Assembly (NCBI GenBank): GCA_031364505.1 | Contig: JANLWK010000242.1 | Span: 7,775-71,774 of the forward strand | Source of the DNA: Candidatus Eiseniibacteriota bacterium | GTDB lineage: Bacteria; Eisenbacteria; RBG-16-71-46 | Direction: 5' to 3' | DNA length: 64,000 bases | Shown: positions 29,555 through 39,101 of the stretch, piece after piece | Layout of the letters: every line of letters starts with the position of its first letter | How positions within the stretch are numbered: the first letter of the stretch is position 1 | The notes under the pieces: generated by a model | Told to the model about the DNA's origin: nothing | Database searches by the model: none | Seen by the model: the letters and a program-made list of their open reading frames with translations, nothing else | Made by a program: the position numbers and the translations under genes

Positions 29555-31899
29555 GCGCGCGCGCCGGTCTCCGCCGGTGGGCCCACGCCGCCCGTCTCGC
29601 CGTGCTCGCCGCGCGCGTCGTGCTCGCGCTCGCCACGCGAGGGGTGTTCGCGCTCGCTCTGCTCGTAGCGCTCGCGATCACGTGCGCGCGTCCGGCGGAG
29701 GCCGAGGTGTCGCTGCAGGCCCAGCTCCAGAGCTCGCGCATCGCGCTCGGCGAGACGGCCGTCCTCGACGTCGTGGTCGACGGCGGGAGCGGTGACGTGA
29801 GCGAGCCGGTCATCGAGCTGCCCGACGGGGTGGAACGACTCGGCGTCAGCCGCTCGCAGAGCTTCTCGTGGATGAACGGACGCACGGCGACGCGCACGCG
29901 CTTCCAGGTCGAGCTGGGCGCCAATCGCGAGGGCCGCTTCACGATCGGCCCGATCCGCGTGCGCGTCGTGGCGCAGTGGTACGAAAGCTCGAGCGTCATC
30001 CTCGTCGTCGCCGCGACGCGCGAGTCGACGCCCGGCGGCGGCAGCGGGCGCCTGGCGCAGCTGCTCGTCGACGTGACGCCGCGCGAACCGCACGTCGGCG
30101 AGCCGACGATCCTTCGCGTGCGGCTCGTCCAGCGGGCGCCGCTCGCCGAGGATCCCGACTACACACCGCCGGCCACACCCGGGTTCTGGTCCGAGAAGAG
30201 CACCGCGCCGACGTCCTACTATGCCGACCAGGGCGGCACACGCGTGCTCGTCACCGAGACCCGCACGCGACTCTACCCGCTGGCGGCCGGGGTGGCGCAC
30301 ATCGGTGAGGCGGCCGCGGTGCTGACGCTCTCGCTGCCGGCCACGTCGGGCGGGCCGCTGGACTGGGTCACGGGCGGCGGCATGCACCGCCAGGTCGCGG
30401 TGCGGAGCGCGCCGATCAACGTCGCGGTTCGCGCGCTGCCGGCTCGCGCGCCGAACGGATTCGAGGGTGCCGTCGGACGCTACACCGCGGCGTGGAGCGC
30501 CGACCGGCGGCAGACCACCCTCGACGTTCCGGTCACCGCGTGGCTCGACGTCCGCGGCACGGGCAACCTGCCGCTGCTGCGGACGCCGTCGCTCGCGTCG
30601 ATCGATGCCGACGTGTTCTCGAGTTCCATCCAGGACAGCCTCGCCCCGCCCGGTGCCATCGCAGACGGCCGCCGCCGGTTCCAGTGGACCGTGTTGCCGC
30701 GGCGGGTCGGCACGTTGCGGCTCGAGCCGCCCGACGTGGTGTGGTTCGATCACACGACCGGGCGCTTCGAGCGGCTCCAGGCCGAGCCGATCGACATCGA
30801 GGTCGGGCCGCCGCTCCACGGATCGAGCCGCGCCGGCACCGCGTGGCCGGCCGTGTTCGCGTCGCATCCCGTCGATCCGGGCGCCCGGGCCGCATCGCCG
30901 GGGCTGCTCGCCCTGGCGGGGATCGGACTCGGGCTCGGCATCCGCGGCGCGCGCGCCGCGCGCGCGCCCAAGGCGGGGCGCGCCGCGCCGTCGGGATGGC
31001 TCCAGGGACTCAAGGCCACGCACGGCGCGGCCTTCTGGGCCGCCGCCGCACGCGCGTGCGACGAGCTCGCGGCGCGCGGCGAGGACGTGTCGGCGTGGCG
31101 CAACGAGGTCGAGAAGGCGCGCTTCAGCGGCTCGAACCTCGGCGAGGAGGCCCTCAGGCGCCAGCTCGTGGATCGCGTCCAGGCGACCGCGCCCACGATG
31201 CGCTCCTCGGCGCCCGCGTGGGCGCGCGCGATCGCGGCACTCGTCGCCGGGCTCGCGCTGCTCGTGCTCGGCCTGCCGCGGCCCGGCCCCGGAACGGCGA
31301 CGCAGCAGTCGCTGCGCGCCGATCGCGCGGCGTCCGCCGGCGAGTTGGAGGCGGCCTCCCGCGGCTGGCGGGCGCTGTGGCGCTCGGGTTCGCGCGCGCC
31401 GGGTCTCGCCGCCCGGCTCGCGTGGCTGAGCGAGCGCACCGGGGACGTCGCGAACGCGTCGGCCTGGGTGCTTCGCGGCGACCGCGGCGAGCCGCGCGAT
31501 CCGTCGCTGAGCTGGGTGATCGCGAACGTGCGCGACGCGGGAGGGCTCGCCGGTTACGCGAAGCCGCGGCTGCCTGTCCGCTCGCTCGAGTGGGGCGGGG
31601 CCGCGTTGATCGTGGCGCTGGGGCTCGGCTTCGCCACAAGACGGTTCGCGATCGCGCTGGCGCTCGCGGCCCTCGCCGTGGCGGCGGCGCCGTCGATCGA
31701 CGCCTGGCGGGCGGCGCGGACGACGCGCGCGGTCGTCCGCGTGCCCGTCATGCTGCTCGGCGAGTCGGTGGAGCTGGTGGCCGGGCAGATCGTGTCCATG
31801 CGCGGCGGGGAGGGCGGCCGCGTCCGGGTCGAGGTGGGGTCCGGTATCGGCGGCACGGTCCCGGCATCCGCGCTCATCGCCGGGGACGGGACGCCGTGA
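29551..31899 (+). CDS. batD: BatD-like protein
   Basis: Signal/TM N-terminus then BatD-type N-terminal domain (EVSLQAQLQSSRIALGETAVLDVVV ... GRFTIGPIRVRV). C-terminal TM-containing region. 782 aa. Confidence 0.7.
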   Translation: MSARAGLRRWAHAARLAVLAARVVLALATRGVFALALLVALAITCARPAEAEVSLQAQLQSSRIALGETAVLDVVVDGGSGDVSEPVIELPDGVERLGVSRSQSFSWMNGRTATRTRFQVELGANREGRFTIGPIRVRVVAQWYESSSVILVVAATRESTPGGGSGRLAQLLVDVTPREPHVGEPTILRVRLVQRAPLAEDPDYTPPATPGFWSEKSTAPTSYYADQGGTRVLVTETRTRLYPLAAGVAHIGEAAAVLTLSLPATSGGPLDWVTGGGMHRQVAVRSAPINVAVRALPARAPNGFEGAVGRYTAAWSADRRQTTLDVPVTAWLDVRGTGNLPLLRTPSLASIDADVFSSSIQDSLAPPGAIADGRRRFQWTVLPRRVGTLRLEPPDVVWFDHTTGRFERLQAEPIDIEVGPPLHGSSRAGTAWPAVFASHPVDPGARAASPGLLALAGIGLGLGIRGARAARAPKAGRAAPSGWLQGLKATHGAAFWAAAARACDELAARGEDVSAWRNEVEKARFSGSNLGEEALRRQLVDRVQATAPTMRSSAPAWARAIAALVAGLALLVLGLPRPGPGTATQQSLRADRAASAGELEAASRGWRALWRSGSRAPGLAARLAWLSERTGDVANASAWVLRGDRGEPRDPSLSWVIANVRDAGGLAGYAKPRLPVRSLEWGGAALIVALGLGFATRRFAIALALAALAVAAAPSIDAWRAARTTRAVVRVPVMLLGESVELVAGQIVSMRGGEGGRVRVEVGSGIGGTVPASALIAGDGTP

Positions 31900-32447
31900 G
31901 GACGCTGCTGCTCGTGCTGTCCCTGCTCGCGCCGATCGAGGCCGTGGATCACGCCGTCCAGGGATGGGTGCAGGCGCACCGGACGCCGCTGCTCGAAACG
32001 CCGATGAACACGGCGACGCGGATCGGCACGCCGATCGTGGTGCTGAGCGCCTTGCTCGCCGTGGCGCTCGTTGTCCCCGCCGAGGGCGTGCCGCTGGGGC
32101 GCGTGGCCGTGGTGGCGCTCGCGCCGACGAATCTCGTGGTCGAGGTCACGAAGTATTTCGCCTGGCGGACGCGCCCCGACGGCGACCGCAATCGCCGGAA
32201 CAGTTCGTTTCCCTCGAGCCACAGCGCGAACGCGTTCTGCCTCGCCGCGATCCTCGCGCGGCGCTGGCGTCGCTGGGCCGTGCCGATCTGGTTCGCCGCC
32301 GCCGTCATCGCCGCCTCGCGGACGTACCTGAACCGGCATTTCGCGAGCGACGTGCTCGCCGGGTTGTTGCTCGGGGTCGTCTGCGCGGCGTGGAGCATGC
32401 GGTGGTTCCGCTGGCCGCGTGCATCTCGCGGAGTGGCAAGGACCTGA
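31896..32447 (+). CDS. PAP2-family phosphatase (phosphatidic acid phosphatase type 2 / haloperoxidase fold)
   Basis: Motifs KYFAWRTRP (KX6RP), PSSHS (PSGH), SRTYLNRHFASDV (SRX5HX3D). GTG 31896 overlaps the batD stop. The track ORF is a long in-frame upstream extension. Confidence 0.75.
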   Translation: MRTLLLVLSLLAPIEAVDHAVQGWVQAHRTPLLETPMNTATRIGTPIVVLSALLAVALVVPAEGVPLGRVAVVALAPTNLVVEVTKYFAWRTRPDGDRNRRNSSFPSSHSANAFCLAAILARRWRRWAVPIWFAAAVIAASRTYLNRHFASDVLAGLLLGVVCAAWSMRWFRWPRASRGVART

Positions 32448-32524
32448 GCCCGCCCGGCAACATTGCTCGCTGCACAATCGACGGGGTTCTGCTAGCGTGA
32501 GGGCTTGAGGAGGTACCATCGCCG

Positions 32525-32992
32525 ATGACGACGCTGATCGGCCCTTCGGTGCTCGACCCCTCGCTCTGCATCTCGGATCTCAAGACCAAACGCCGGGCTT
32601 CGGTGATTCACGAGCTCGTCGCGCGTGCGCATGCCGCGGGCGGAGTTCGGAACGTCGATGCGCTGTGCGAGACCCTGGCGCTGCGCGAACGATGGTTCGG
32701 CACCGGCGTGGGCAAGGGAGTCGCCGTCCCACACGCGCGCTCCATCGCGGTCATCGAACCGCGCCTGGTGATCGGGCGTTCGCGACGGGGCATCGATTGG
32801 GACGCGCCCGACGGACTCGCCGTCCAGCTCGTCCTGCTCGTGCTGTCGCCCGCCGAGGCGAGCGAGGACGCGCACATCGATCGCGTGGCACGCGCGACGA
32901 CGCTCACGCGACTCCATCGCAACCGCGCCCGCCTGATCGAGGCCGCCGACGCCGGCGCCGTCGCCGACCTGCTCGCCGCGACCACGTCATGA
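32525..32992 (+). CDS. ptsN: PTS EIIA(Ntr)-type regulatory protein
   Basis: PTS_EIIA_2 fold with conserved His in GKGVAVPHARS. 155 aa. AGGAGG 9 nt upstream. Confidence 0.75.
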   Translation: MTTLIGPSVLDPSLCISDLKTKRRASVIHELVARAHAAGGVRNVDALCETLALRERWFGTGVGKGVAVPHARSIAVIEPRLVIGRSRRGIDWDAPDGLAVQLVLLVLSPAEASEDAHIDRVARATTLTRLHRNRARLIEAADAGAVADLLAATTS

Positions 32993-33342
32993 CTCCGCCG
33001 GCCTCCGCGACGACGCAGGAGACGCTGCTCGAGCTCCAGGACGTGGATCTCATCCGCGCCGAGATCGAGCCGCGCGCGGCGGCCCGGCTGCGCAAGCTCG
33101 GGTTCCAGCTGCCAGAAGCCGGCACGGTGGACAAGCACCGGGCGCGGCTGCTCGCGAGCCTCGATCGCCGCTGGCTCCTGCACTACGAGCGGGCCCAGTC
33201 GCGCTACGGGCGCGGCGTCACGTCGGTGCGGGCGCGGGTGTGCCAGGGCTGCTTCATCACGCTGCCGACGTCGGCGGCCCCGTCGGGGGACGAGCCACTG
33301 ACGACGTGCGAGTCCTGCGGCCGAATCCTCTACTGGCGATAG
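32989..33342 (+). CDS. C4-type zinc-ribbon domain protein (COG1579-like)
   Basis: ATG overlaps the ptsN stop. Coiled-coil-like N-terminus and C-terminal CxxC...CxxC (CQGCF ... CESCGRI). 117 aa. Confidence 0.55.
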   Translation: MTPPASATTQETLLELQDVDLIRAEIEPRAAARLRKLGFQLPEAGTVDKHRARLLASLDRRWLLHYERAQSRYGRGVTSVRARVCQGCFITLPTSAAPSGDEPLTTCESCGRILYWR

Positions 33343-33463
33343 GCGACCCTGGCTCTGAGACGCCCCGGGCCGCGTTGGGCCCATTCCGCCCACTCCGCTA
33401 TGCTGGTGGCCGTCGACCGGGCCCCGCCGCGATCCGACCGGAACAGGAGCACCTTCCAACCTC

Positions 33464-33886
33464 ATGCCGAAGCACCGCTGGACCGTGGCACCCCTCGTGT
33501 TCGCATGGCTCGCGGGGGCGGGCTGCACGACCCTCCGTGAAATTCCACGCAGTGAATACGCGGCACGTCCCGAGCGCGAGCACGTCCGCGTCTCGACGCG
33601 CGACGGCCTGGTCTACGACTTCGACTATGCGCGGGTCGCGAACGACACGCTCGTCGGCTATCGCGAGCGCGACACGAGCGGGCCGGTGAGCGACATCGCG
33701 ACGCTCGCGATCCCGCTCGCCGACATCGAGCGGCTGTCCCGGCACGGCCTGGACTGGTATCGCACGGGCCTCGTCGGCGGCGGCGTGATCGCGGCGGTCC
33801 TCGCGGCCGGCGTGAGTCGCAACAACGGCGCCGGCGACGGCGGCGGGACGCCGGGCGGTCCGCGCGGCGTGCCGGGCGAGAATTAG
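33464..33886 (+). CDS. putative lipoprotein, unknown function
   Basis: Lipobox-like signal (LVFAWLAGAGCTT), Gly-rich C-terminus. 140 aa. Confidence 0.5.
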   Translation: MPKHRWTVAPLVFAWLAGAGCTTLREIPRSEYAARPEREHVRVSTRDGLVYDFDYARVANDTLVGYRERDTSGPVSDIATLAIPLADIERLSRHGLDWYRTGLVGGGVIAAVLAAGVSRNNGAGDGGGTPGGPRGVPGEN

Positions 33887-34350
33887 TCGAGCAGGGCGGC
33901 GGTGATCGCCGTCGCGGCGACGCCGCCGATCACGTCGGCGAGCAGGTCCACGATGTCGAAGCCCTGGCGCGGAATGTCGTAGAGTTCCTTCGCGACGCCG
34001 CACGCGATGCTGCCCGCCGCCGCACCCGCCGAACGATGGCTGATCAGGCCCGCGCCGAGTCCCACGGTGAGGGCCAGCGAGACGTGATGGAGCCGGTCGG
34101 GACGCGCGAGGCCGAGTTGCCAGGCGCGGGCGCCGCGGTCGGGTAGCCCGGGCCGCCCGACCGGCGCGCGGATGGCGGCGGAATCCGCGTGCGCTGAGGA
34201 TGCAACTGGCGCCAAGGATTCCGCTGGCGCCGAGACGGCGGCGGAATCGGCGGGCGCGCGATCGGTGTCCGCCTGGGCCGCCGCCGGCATCACGACGCAC
34301 GCGAATGCCGTCACCATCACGAATGCGAGACCCGCGCGACCTGCCGACAT
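33883..34350 (-). CDS. secreted YfiM/DUF2279-like protein (only minus-strand gene in the window)
   Basis: Internal start M giving signal peptide MSAGRAGLAFVMVTAFACVVMPAAAQA. C-terminal motif ...ACGVAKELYDIPRQGFDIVDLLADVIGGVAATA reminiscent of the YfiM family. Convergent with the upstream lipoprotein gene (4-nt stop overlap). Confidence 0.45.
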   Translation of the reverse strand: MSAGRAGLAFVMVTAFACVVMPAAAQADTDRAPADSAAVSAPAESLAPVASSAHADSAAIRAPVGRPGLPDRGARAWQLGLARPDRLHHVSLALTVGLGAGLISHRSAGAAAGSIACGVAKELYDIPRQGFDIVDLLADVIGGVAATAITAALLD

Positions 34351-35851
34351 GAACGACGCCTCCACTTCGAATTCCAGCCGATGGGCGCCGCTGCGCGCCT
34401 GGCTCGATCGCCTGCGTGCCCGCCGCGGAGAATCGCCCGAGGCGTTCGACGCGCGATCGCGAGCGCAGGCCATCGAGCGCCTCCGCGCGTTCGCCTGGGC
34501 CCCCGGCGTCCGCCGCGTGCTCGAGACGCTCGCGACGGGCGGGCACGCAGCATACCTCGTCGGCGGGAGCGTGCGCGACGCCGTGCTCGGACGCGAGCCG
34601 GGCCCGTTCTTCGACGTGGCGACGAGCCTGCGCCCGGACGATGTGATCGCCCGGTTCCCGCGCGTCGAGCCGATCGGGCTCCGTCACGGCACCGTGCTGA
34701 TCCTCGAGTCCGACGTGCGCGTCGAGTGCACCACGTTCCGCCGCGAGGGCGCCTACGCGGACGCGCGGCATCCCGACGACGTGGCGTTCACCGACCGCAT
34801 CGAGGAGGACCTCGCGCGGCGCGACTTCACGGTGAACGCCATGGCGTGGGACCCGCGCTCGGATACCTTCGTCGATCCGTTCGGGGGTGCTGCCGATCTC
34901 GCGCGGCGCTCGCTCGCCGCCGTCGGCGACCCGCGAGCGCGGTTTCGCGAGGACGCCCTGCGCCCGCTGCGCGCCGCGAGGCTGTCGGCGACGCTCGAGT
35001 TCGATCTCGAGTCCGGCACGGAGGCGGCGCTGTCCGCCGTCGTCGACCGCGTGCCGCTGCTCGCGATGGAGCGCGTGCGCGAGGAGTGGGTGAAGCTCCT
35101 CGGCGCCCCGCGGCCGTCGGTCGGAATCGACGCGCTGTTCCACGCCGGCCTGCTCGAGGTGTGGATGCCCGAGCTCGCCCGCTGCGCCGGCGTGCCGCAG
35201 AATCGCTGGCACCTCCACGACGTGTACGAGCACAGCCTGCAGACCTGTGACGCGGCGCCGGCCGGCAAGCCGCGCGTGCGCTGGGCGGCGCTGCTCCACG
35301 ACATCGGCAAGCCGGCGACCCGCGCGAATCCAGGCCCCGACGCCACGTTCTACGGCCATGCCGAGCTCGGCGCGAGCCTCGCCGATGCGCTGCTCGAGCG
35401 ATTCCGCATGCCGAACGACGAGCGCGCCGCGATCGTTCACCTGATCCGCGAGCACATGTTCGACTACCGGCGCGAATGGACCGACGCGGCGTTGCGGCGC
35501 TTCATCCGGCGCGTGGGCATCGACGCCGTCGCCGACCTGTTCGACCTCCGGCTCGCCGACGTCGTCGGCAGCGGCAGAGCGGCGGGCTTTCCGGCGGGGC
35601 TCGACGAGATGCGCGAGCGCATCGACCGCCTGCTCGATTCGCAGCAGGTGCTGAGCGTGCGACACCTGGCGCTGAGCGGCGAGGACGTCATGCGCGAGCT
35701 CGGCATCGGGCCCGGTCCGCGCGTCGGCGCGGCGCTCGACGCGCTGCTCGAACTCGTGCTCGACGCACCGGAATCGAACCGGCCCGACGTGCTGCGGAAC
35801 GCGCTTCACGCATGGGATTCGGCGCGTGGAGACGCGGCGCCGAAGGCTTGA
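34349..35851 (+). CDS. cca: CCA-adding tRNA nucleotidyltransferase with C-terminal HD domain
   Basis: AYLVGGSVRD polymerase-beta head motif, RRDFTVNAMA, HD motif LLHDIGKP. First ATG at 34349 (alternative in-frame GTG 34517); the ORF track begins at 34172. Confidence 0.85.
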   Translation: MNDASTSNSSRWAPLRAWLDRLRARRGESPEAFDARSRAQAIERLRAFAWAPGVRRVLETLATGGHAAYLVGGSVRDAVLGREPGPFFDVATSLRPDDVIARFPRVEPIGLRHGTVLILESDVRVECTTFRREGAYADARHPDDVAFTDRIEEDLARRDFTVNAMAWDPRSDTFVDPFGGAADLARRSLAAVGDPRARFREDALRPLRAARLSATLEFDLESGTEAALSAVVDRVPLLAMERVREEWVKLLGAPRPSVGIDALFHAGLLEVWMPELARCAGVPQNRWHLHDVYEHSLQTCDAAPAGKPRVRWAALLHDIGKPATRANPGPDATFYGHAELGASLADALLERFRMPNDERAAIVHLIREHMFDYRREWTDAALRRFIRRVGIDAVADLFDLRLADVVGSGRAAGFPAGLDEMRERIDRLLDSQQVLSVRHLALSGEDVMRELGIGPGPRVGAALDALLELVLDAPESNRPDVLRNALHAWDSARGDAAPKA

Positions 35852-35889
35852 CACTGTCTCGACACGGACCGTATCGTCGGGCCTCGCCT

Positions 35890-36969
35890 ATGCCCTCACC
35901 CAGCCTGTCCATGCCCGCCCACAAGGCGCACGCGCCCATCAGCCTGACCGACGTCCAGCGCCCGGTACGCGCGGACCTGGAACAGGTTCAGAAGCACCTC
36001 AAGGCGTCCTTCCAGACCCCGATCCCGATCCTGAACCAGGTCGGCGGCTACGTTCTGGCCACCCGGGGCAAGAAGTTCCGGCCCACGCTGCTGCTGCTGG
36101 TCGCGCGGCTGCGCGGCGCGCTGGACGAGCCCGCGCTCATCTGCGCCACGGTGGTCGAGATGGTCCACGCGGCCGCCCTGATCCACGACGACTCCGTCGA
36201 CAAGAGCGACCTGAGGCGTGGACGCCCGACCGTGAACGGGCTGTGGACGAACGAGATGGCGATCATCATGGGCGACTACCTGTACGCCCAGTCGATGGCC
36301 CTGCTCGTGCGCCACAAACTCGAGGTGGCGATGGATGTGCTGTCGCGCGTGGTGGCGGAGATGTCGTGCGGCGAGGCGCTGGAGTTCCAGTACGCCTACG
36401 ACCTCGACGTGTCGCAGGAGCAGTACGAGGAGCTGATCCAGTACAAGACCGGCTCGCTGATCGGCGCGGCCACCGAGATCGGCGCGGCCGGCGACGCGAC
36501 GCCGCAGGGCCTCGCGCGGCGGGAGCACTACCGCCGGTTCGGTGACTCGCTCGGCGTGGCGTTCCAGATCGTCGACGATCTGCTCGACTATCTCGGCTCG
36601 CGCAAGGTCACGGGTAAGCCCACCGGCTCGGATCTCGCCGAGGGCAAGGTGACGCTGCCGCTCATCGCCGCCCTGCGGAACGCGACCGAAGCCGATCGCC
36701 GGGTGCTCAAGCGTCTGGCGCTGCGCAAGCGCTGGACACCGGGGCAGTGGACGCAGCTGCTCGACCTGGTGGAGAAGTGCGGCGGATTCGATTCCGCCCG
36801 CGCCCGCGCCTTCGAGCTGGCCGAGGAGGCCCGCCGGCTCGCCGCCTCGGGGCCCGGCCTCGATGCCGCCGCGCGCGGCAGCCGGCCGAATCGAGCGATC
36901 ACGGCGGCGCGCGCCCCGCGGCGCGCGCTCGACCACGCGGTCGACTATGCCGTCCTTCGAGAGTCCTGA
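35890..36969 (+). CDS. polyprenyl diphosphate synthase (IspB/HepT-like trans-isoprenyl diphosphate synthase)
   Basis: First DDxxD LIHDDSVDKSD, second DDxxD FQIVDDLLD, K/T motifs. Start ATG 35890 or 35911. C-terminal Ala/Arg-rich extension. Confidence 0.85.
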   Translation: MPSPSLSMPAHKAHAPISLTDVQRPVRADLEQVQKHLKASFQTPIPILNQVGGYVLATRGKKFRPTLLLLVARLRGALDEPALICATVVEMVHAAALIHDDSVDKSDLRRGRPTVNGLWTNEMAIIMGDYLYAQSMALLVRHKLEVAMDVLSRVVAEMSCGEALEFQYAYDLDVSQEQYEELIQYKTGSLIGAATEIGAAGDATPQGLARREHYRRFGDSLGVAFQIVDDLLDYLGSRKVTGKPTGSDLAEGKVTLPLIAALRNATEADRRVLKRLALRKRWTPGQWTQLLDLVEKCGGFDSARARAFELAEEARRLAASGPGLDAAARGSRPNRAITAARAPRRALDHAVDYAVLRES

Positions 36970-36976
36970 TCCCCGA

Positions 36977-37393
36977 GTGACCTCGATCCGCAAGTCGTCT
37001 CCGGCCGAGGCTCCCGCACGTCGTCCCGCGGCCCCCGTTGCGCGCGACGCGCTGCAGCTCGCCGCCGAGACCGCCATGGCCAAGAAGGCGACGGATCCCG
37101 TGGCACTCGACCTGCGGGATCTCGAGGGACGCGCCTGCGACTATTTCCTCATCGTGTCGGCCTCGAACGAGATCCAGGTCAAGGCGATCGCCGAGGCGAT
37201 CGAGGACCGGTTGCGCGAACGCGGCGTGCGGCCGTGGCACGTCGAGGGACTCGAGGGGCGGCGCTGGGTGCTGCTCGACTACGTGGAATTCGTCGTGCAC
37301 GTGTTTCACGACAAGACCCGTGAGTACTACATGCTCGACCGGCTGTGGGGCGATGCGAGGAGCGTGGATCTTGGTCTGGACGGAGCTGACTGA
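36977..37393 (+). CDS. rsfS: ribosomal silencing factor RsfS (Iojap family)
   Basis: ...ARDALQLAAETAMAKKATDPVALDLRDLEG ... YFLIVSASNEIQVKAIAEAI ... WVLLDYVEFVVHVF matches RsfS. Start uncertain: GTG 36977 (8 nt after the ispB-like stop) chosen because ATG 37076 would truncate the conserved N-terminal helix. Confidence 0.75.
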   Translation: MTSIRKSSPAEAPARRPAAPVARDALQLAAETAMAKKATDPVALDLRDLEGRACDYFLIVSASNEIQVKAIAEAIEDRLRERGVRPWHVEGLEGRRWVLLDYVEFVVHVFHDKTREYYMLDRLWGDARSVDLGLDGAD

Positions 37394-39101
37394 GGCGATC
37401 GCGGCGGCGCTCCAGGCCGCCGGCGTCCATTCGCCCGAGCGACTCTCCCGGCTCGAACTCGCGATCCCGCGCGATCCCTCGCACGGCGACTGGACGACGA
37501 ACCTGGCGCTCGTGCTGGCGAAGGACCTGGGCCGGAAGCCGCGCGAGATCGCCGAGTCGCTGGCGCGCGAGATCGCGGCGCATCCGGGCATCTTCGCGCC
37601 CCCCGAGGTCGCGGGGCCGGGCTTCCTCAACTTCCGTTACGCCGACGCCTTCGTCGACGCGCTGCCCGCACGCATCGCGGGCGAGGGGGACGCGTTCGGC
37701 CGATCCTCGGCCGGCGCGGGTGACAGCGTGCTCGTCGAGTACGTCAGCGCCAACCCGACGGGACCGCTCAACATCGTGAGCGCGCGCGCCGCGGCAGTGG
37801 GCGCCTCGCTGGTGCGCCTGCTCGACGCCACGGGACACCGAGCCGAGGGCGAGTTCTACGTCAACGACGCGGGCAACCAGGTCGACCTGCTCGGGGCCTC
37901 GGTCGCGGCGCGGTTCGCCGAGACGCAGGGTCGCGCCCGCGCCATGCCGGAGGCGGGCTACCAGGGCGGCTACATTCGCGACGTGGCGGCGGCCCTGGAC
38001 GCGCGGGACGCGGCGGTGGCGCTCGAGGCCGACGACGGCACGGGGTGGTTTCGCGCCCAGGCGCTCGAGCGCATGCTCGAGAGCCAGCGCCGCGACCTGG
38101 ACGCCTACGGCGCGGAATTCGCGCGCTGGTTCCGCGAGTCCACGCTCCACGCCTCGGGTGCGGTGGCCGGCACGCTGCGCGAGCTCGAGGCGCGCGGCGT
38201 CACGTACCAGGGCATCCACCCGGAGTCCGGCTACGAACGCCCCGAGGATGCGCGCGCCGTGGCGGAGGGCGAGCAGCCGGCGACGTGGCTCCGGGCCTCG
38301 GCGTTCGGCGACTCGCAGGACCGCGTCATCGTGCGCGGGAACGGCACGCCGACCTACCTGCTGCCCGACATCGCCTATCATCGCGACAAGCGCGCGCGCG
38401 GCTTCCGCCACGCGATCGACCTGTGGGGGCCCGACCATCACGCCTACGTCCGCACGATGCAGGCGGCGCTCGCCGCGCTGGGGCTCGAACCCGACGCGCT
38501 CCAGGTGCTCATCGTCCAGCAGGTGAATCTGGTGTCCGGCGGCCAGCCGGTGAAGATGAGCAAGCGTGCCGGAGAGTTCATCACGCTGCGCGAACTGATG
38601 GACGACGTCGGCGCCGACTGCGCCAAGTTCTTCTTCCTGATGCGCTCGACCAGCGCGCACCTCGACTTCGATCTCGACCTCGCGCGCCGCCAGAACGACG
38701 AGAACCCGGCGTACTACGTGCAGTACGCCCACGCGCGCATCGCGTCCATTCTGCGCTACGCGGCCGAACGCGGCGTCACGCCGGACGCGGCGTCGACGGC
38801 GCGCTTCGAGGCTCCGGAGGAGCGGGCGCTGATCCGGAAGCTCGCGGCGTTCCCCGAGATCGTGCGCGGCGCCGCCGCGGCGCGCGAGCCGCACCGGGTG
38901 CCGACGTACCTGATGGAGGCGGCCGCGGTGTTCCACCGCTTCTACCACGCGTGCCGCGTCGTGTCGGACGACGCGGCACGCACGCGTGACCGGCTGCTGC
39001 TGTGCGAGGCGTGCCGTGTCGTGATCCGGAACGGGCTCGCGCTGATGGGCGTGTCGGCGCCCGAGCGCATGGACCGCGCCAGCGGGGAGGACGTCGCGTG
39101 A
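37353..39101 (+). CDS. argS: arginine--tRNA ligase
   Basis: N-terminal add-1 domain, SANPTGPL..., PVKMSKRAGE (KMSK), DALR anticodon-binding tail. The HIGH position reads PLNIVSAR instead of PLHxGH. Start ATG 37353 (or TTG 37371) overlapping the rsfS end; the ORF track extends upstream to 37038. Confidence 0.9.
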   Translation: MRGAWILVWTELTEAIAAALQAAGVHSPERLSRLELAIPRDPSHGDWTTNLALVLAKDLGRKPREIAESLAREIAAHPGIFAPPEVAGPGFLNFRYADAFVDALPARIAGEGDAFGRSSAGAGDSVLVEYVSANPTGPLNIVSARAAAVGASLVRLLDATGHRAEGEFYVNDAGNQVDLLGASVAARFAETQGRARAMPEAGYQGGYIRDVAAALDARDAAVALEADDGTGWFRAQALERMLESQRRDLDAYGAEFARWFRESTLHASGAVAGTLRELEARGVTYQGIHPESGYERPEDARAVAEGEQPATWLRASAFGDSQDRVIVRGNGTPTYLLPDIAYHRDKRARGFRHAIDLWGPDHHAYVRTMQAALAALGLEPDALQVLIVQQVNLVSGGQPVKMSKRAGEFITLRELMDDVGADCAKFFFLMRSTSAHLDFDLDLARRQNDENPAYYVQYAHARIASILRYAAERGVTPDAASTARFEAPEERALIRKLAAFPEIVRGAAAAREPHRVPTYLMEAAAVFHRFYHACRVVSDDAARTRDRLLLCEACRVVIRNGLALMGVSAPERMDRASGEDVA

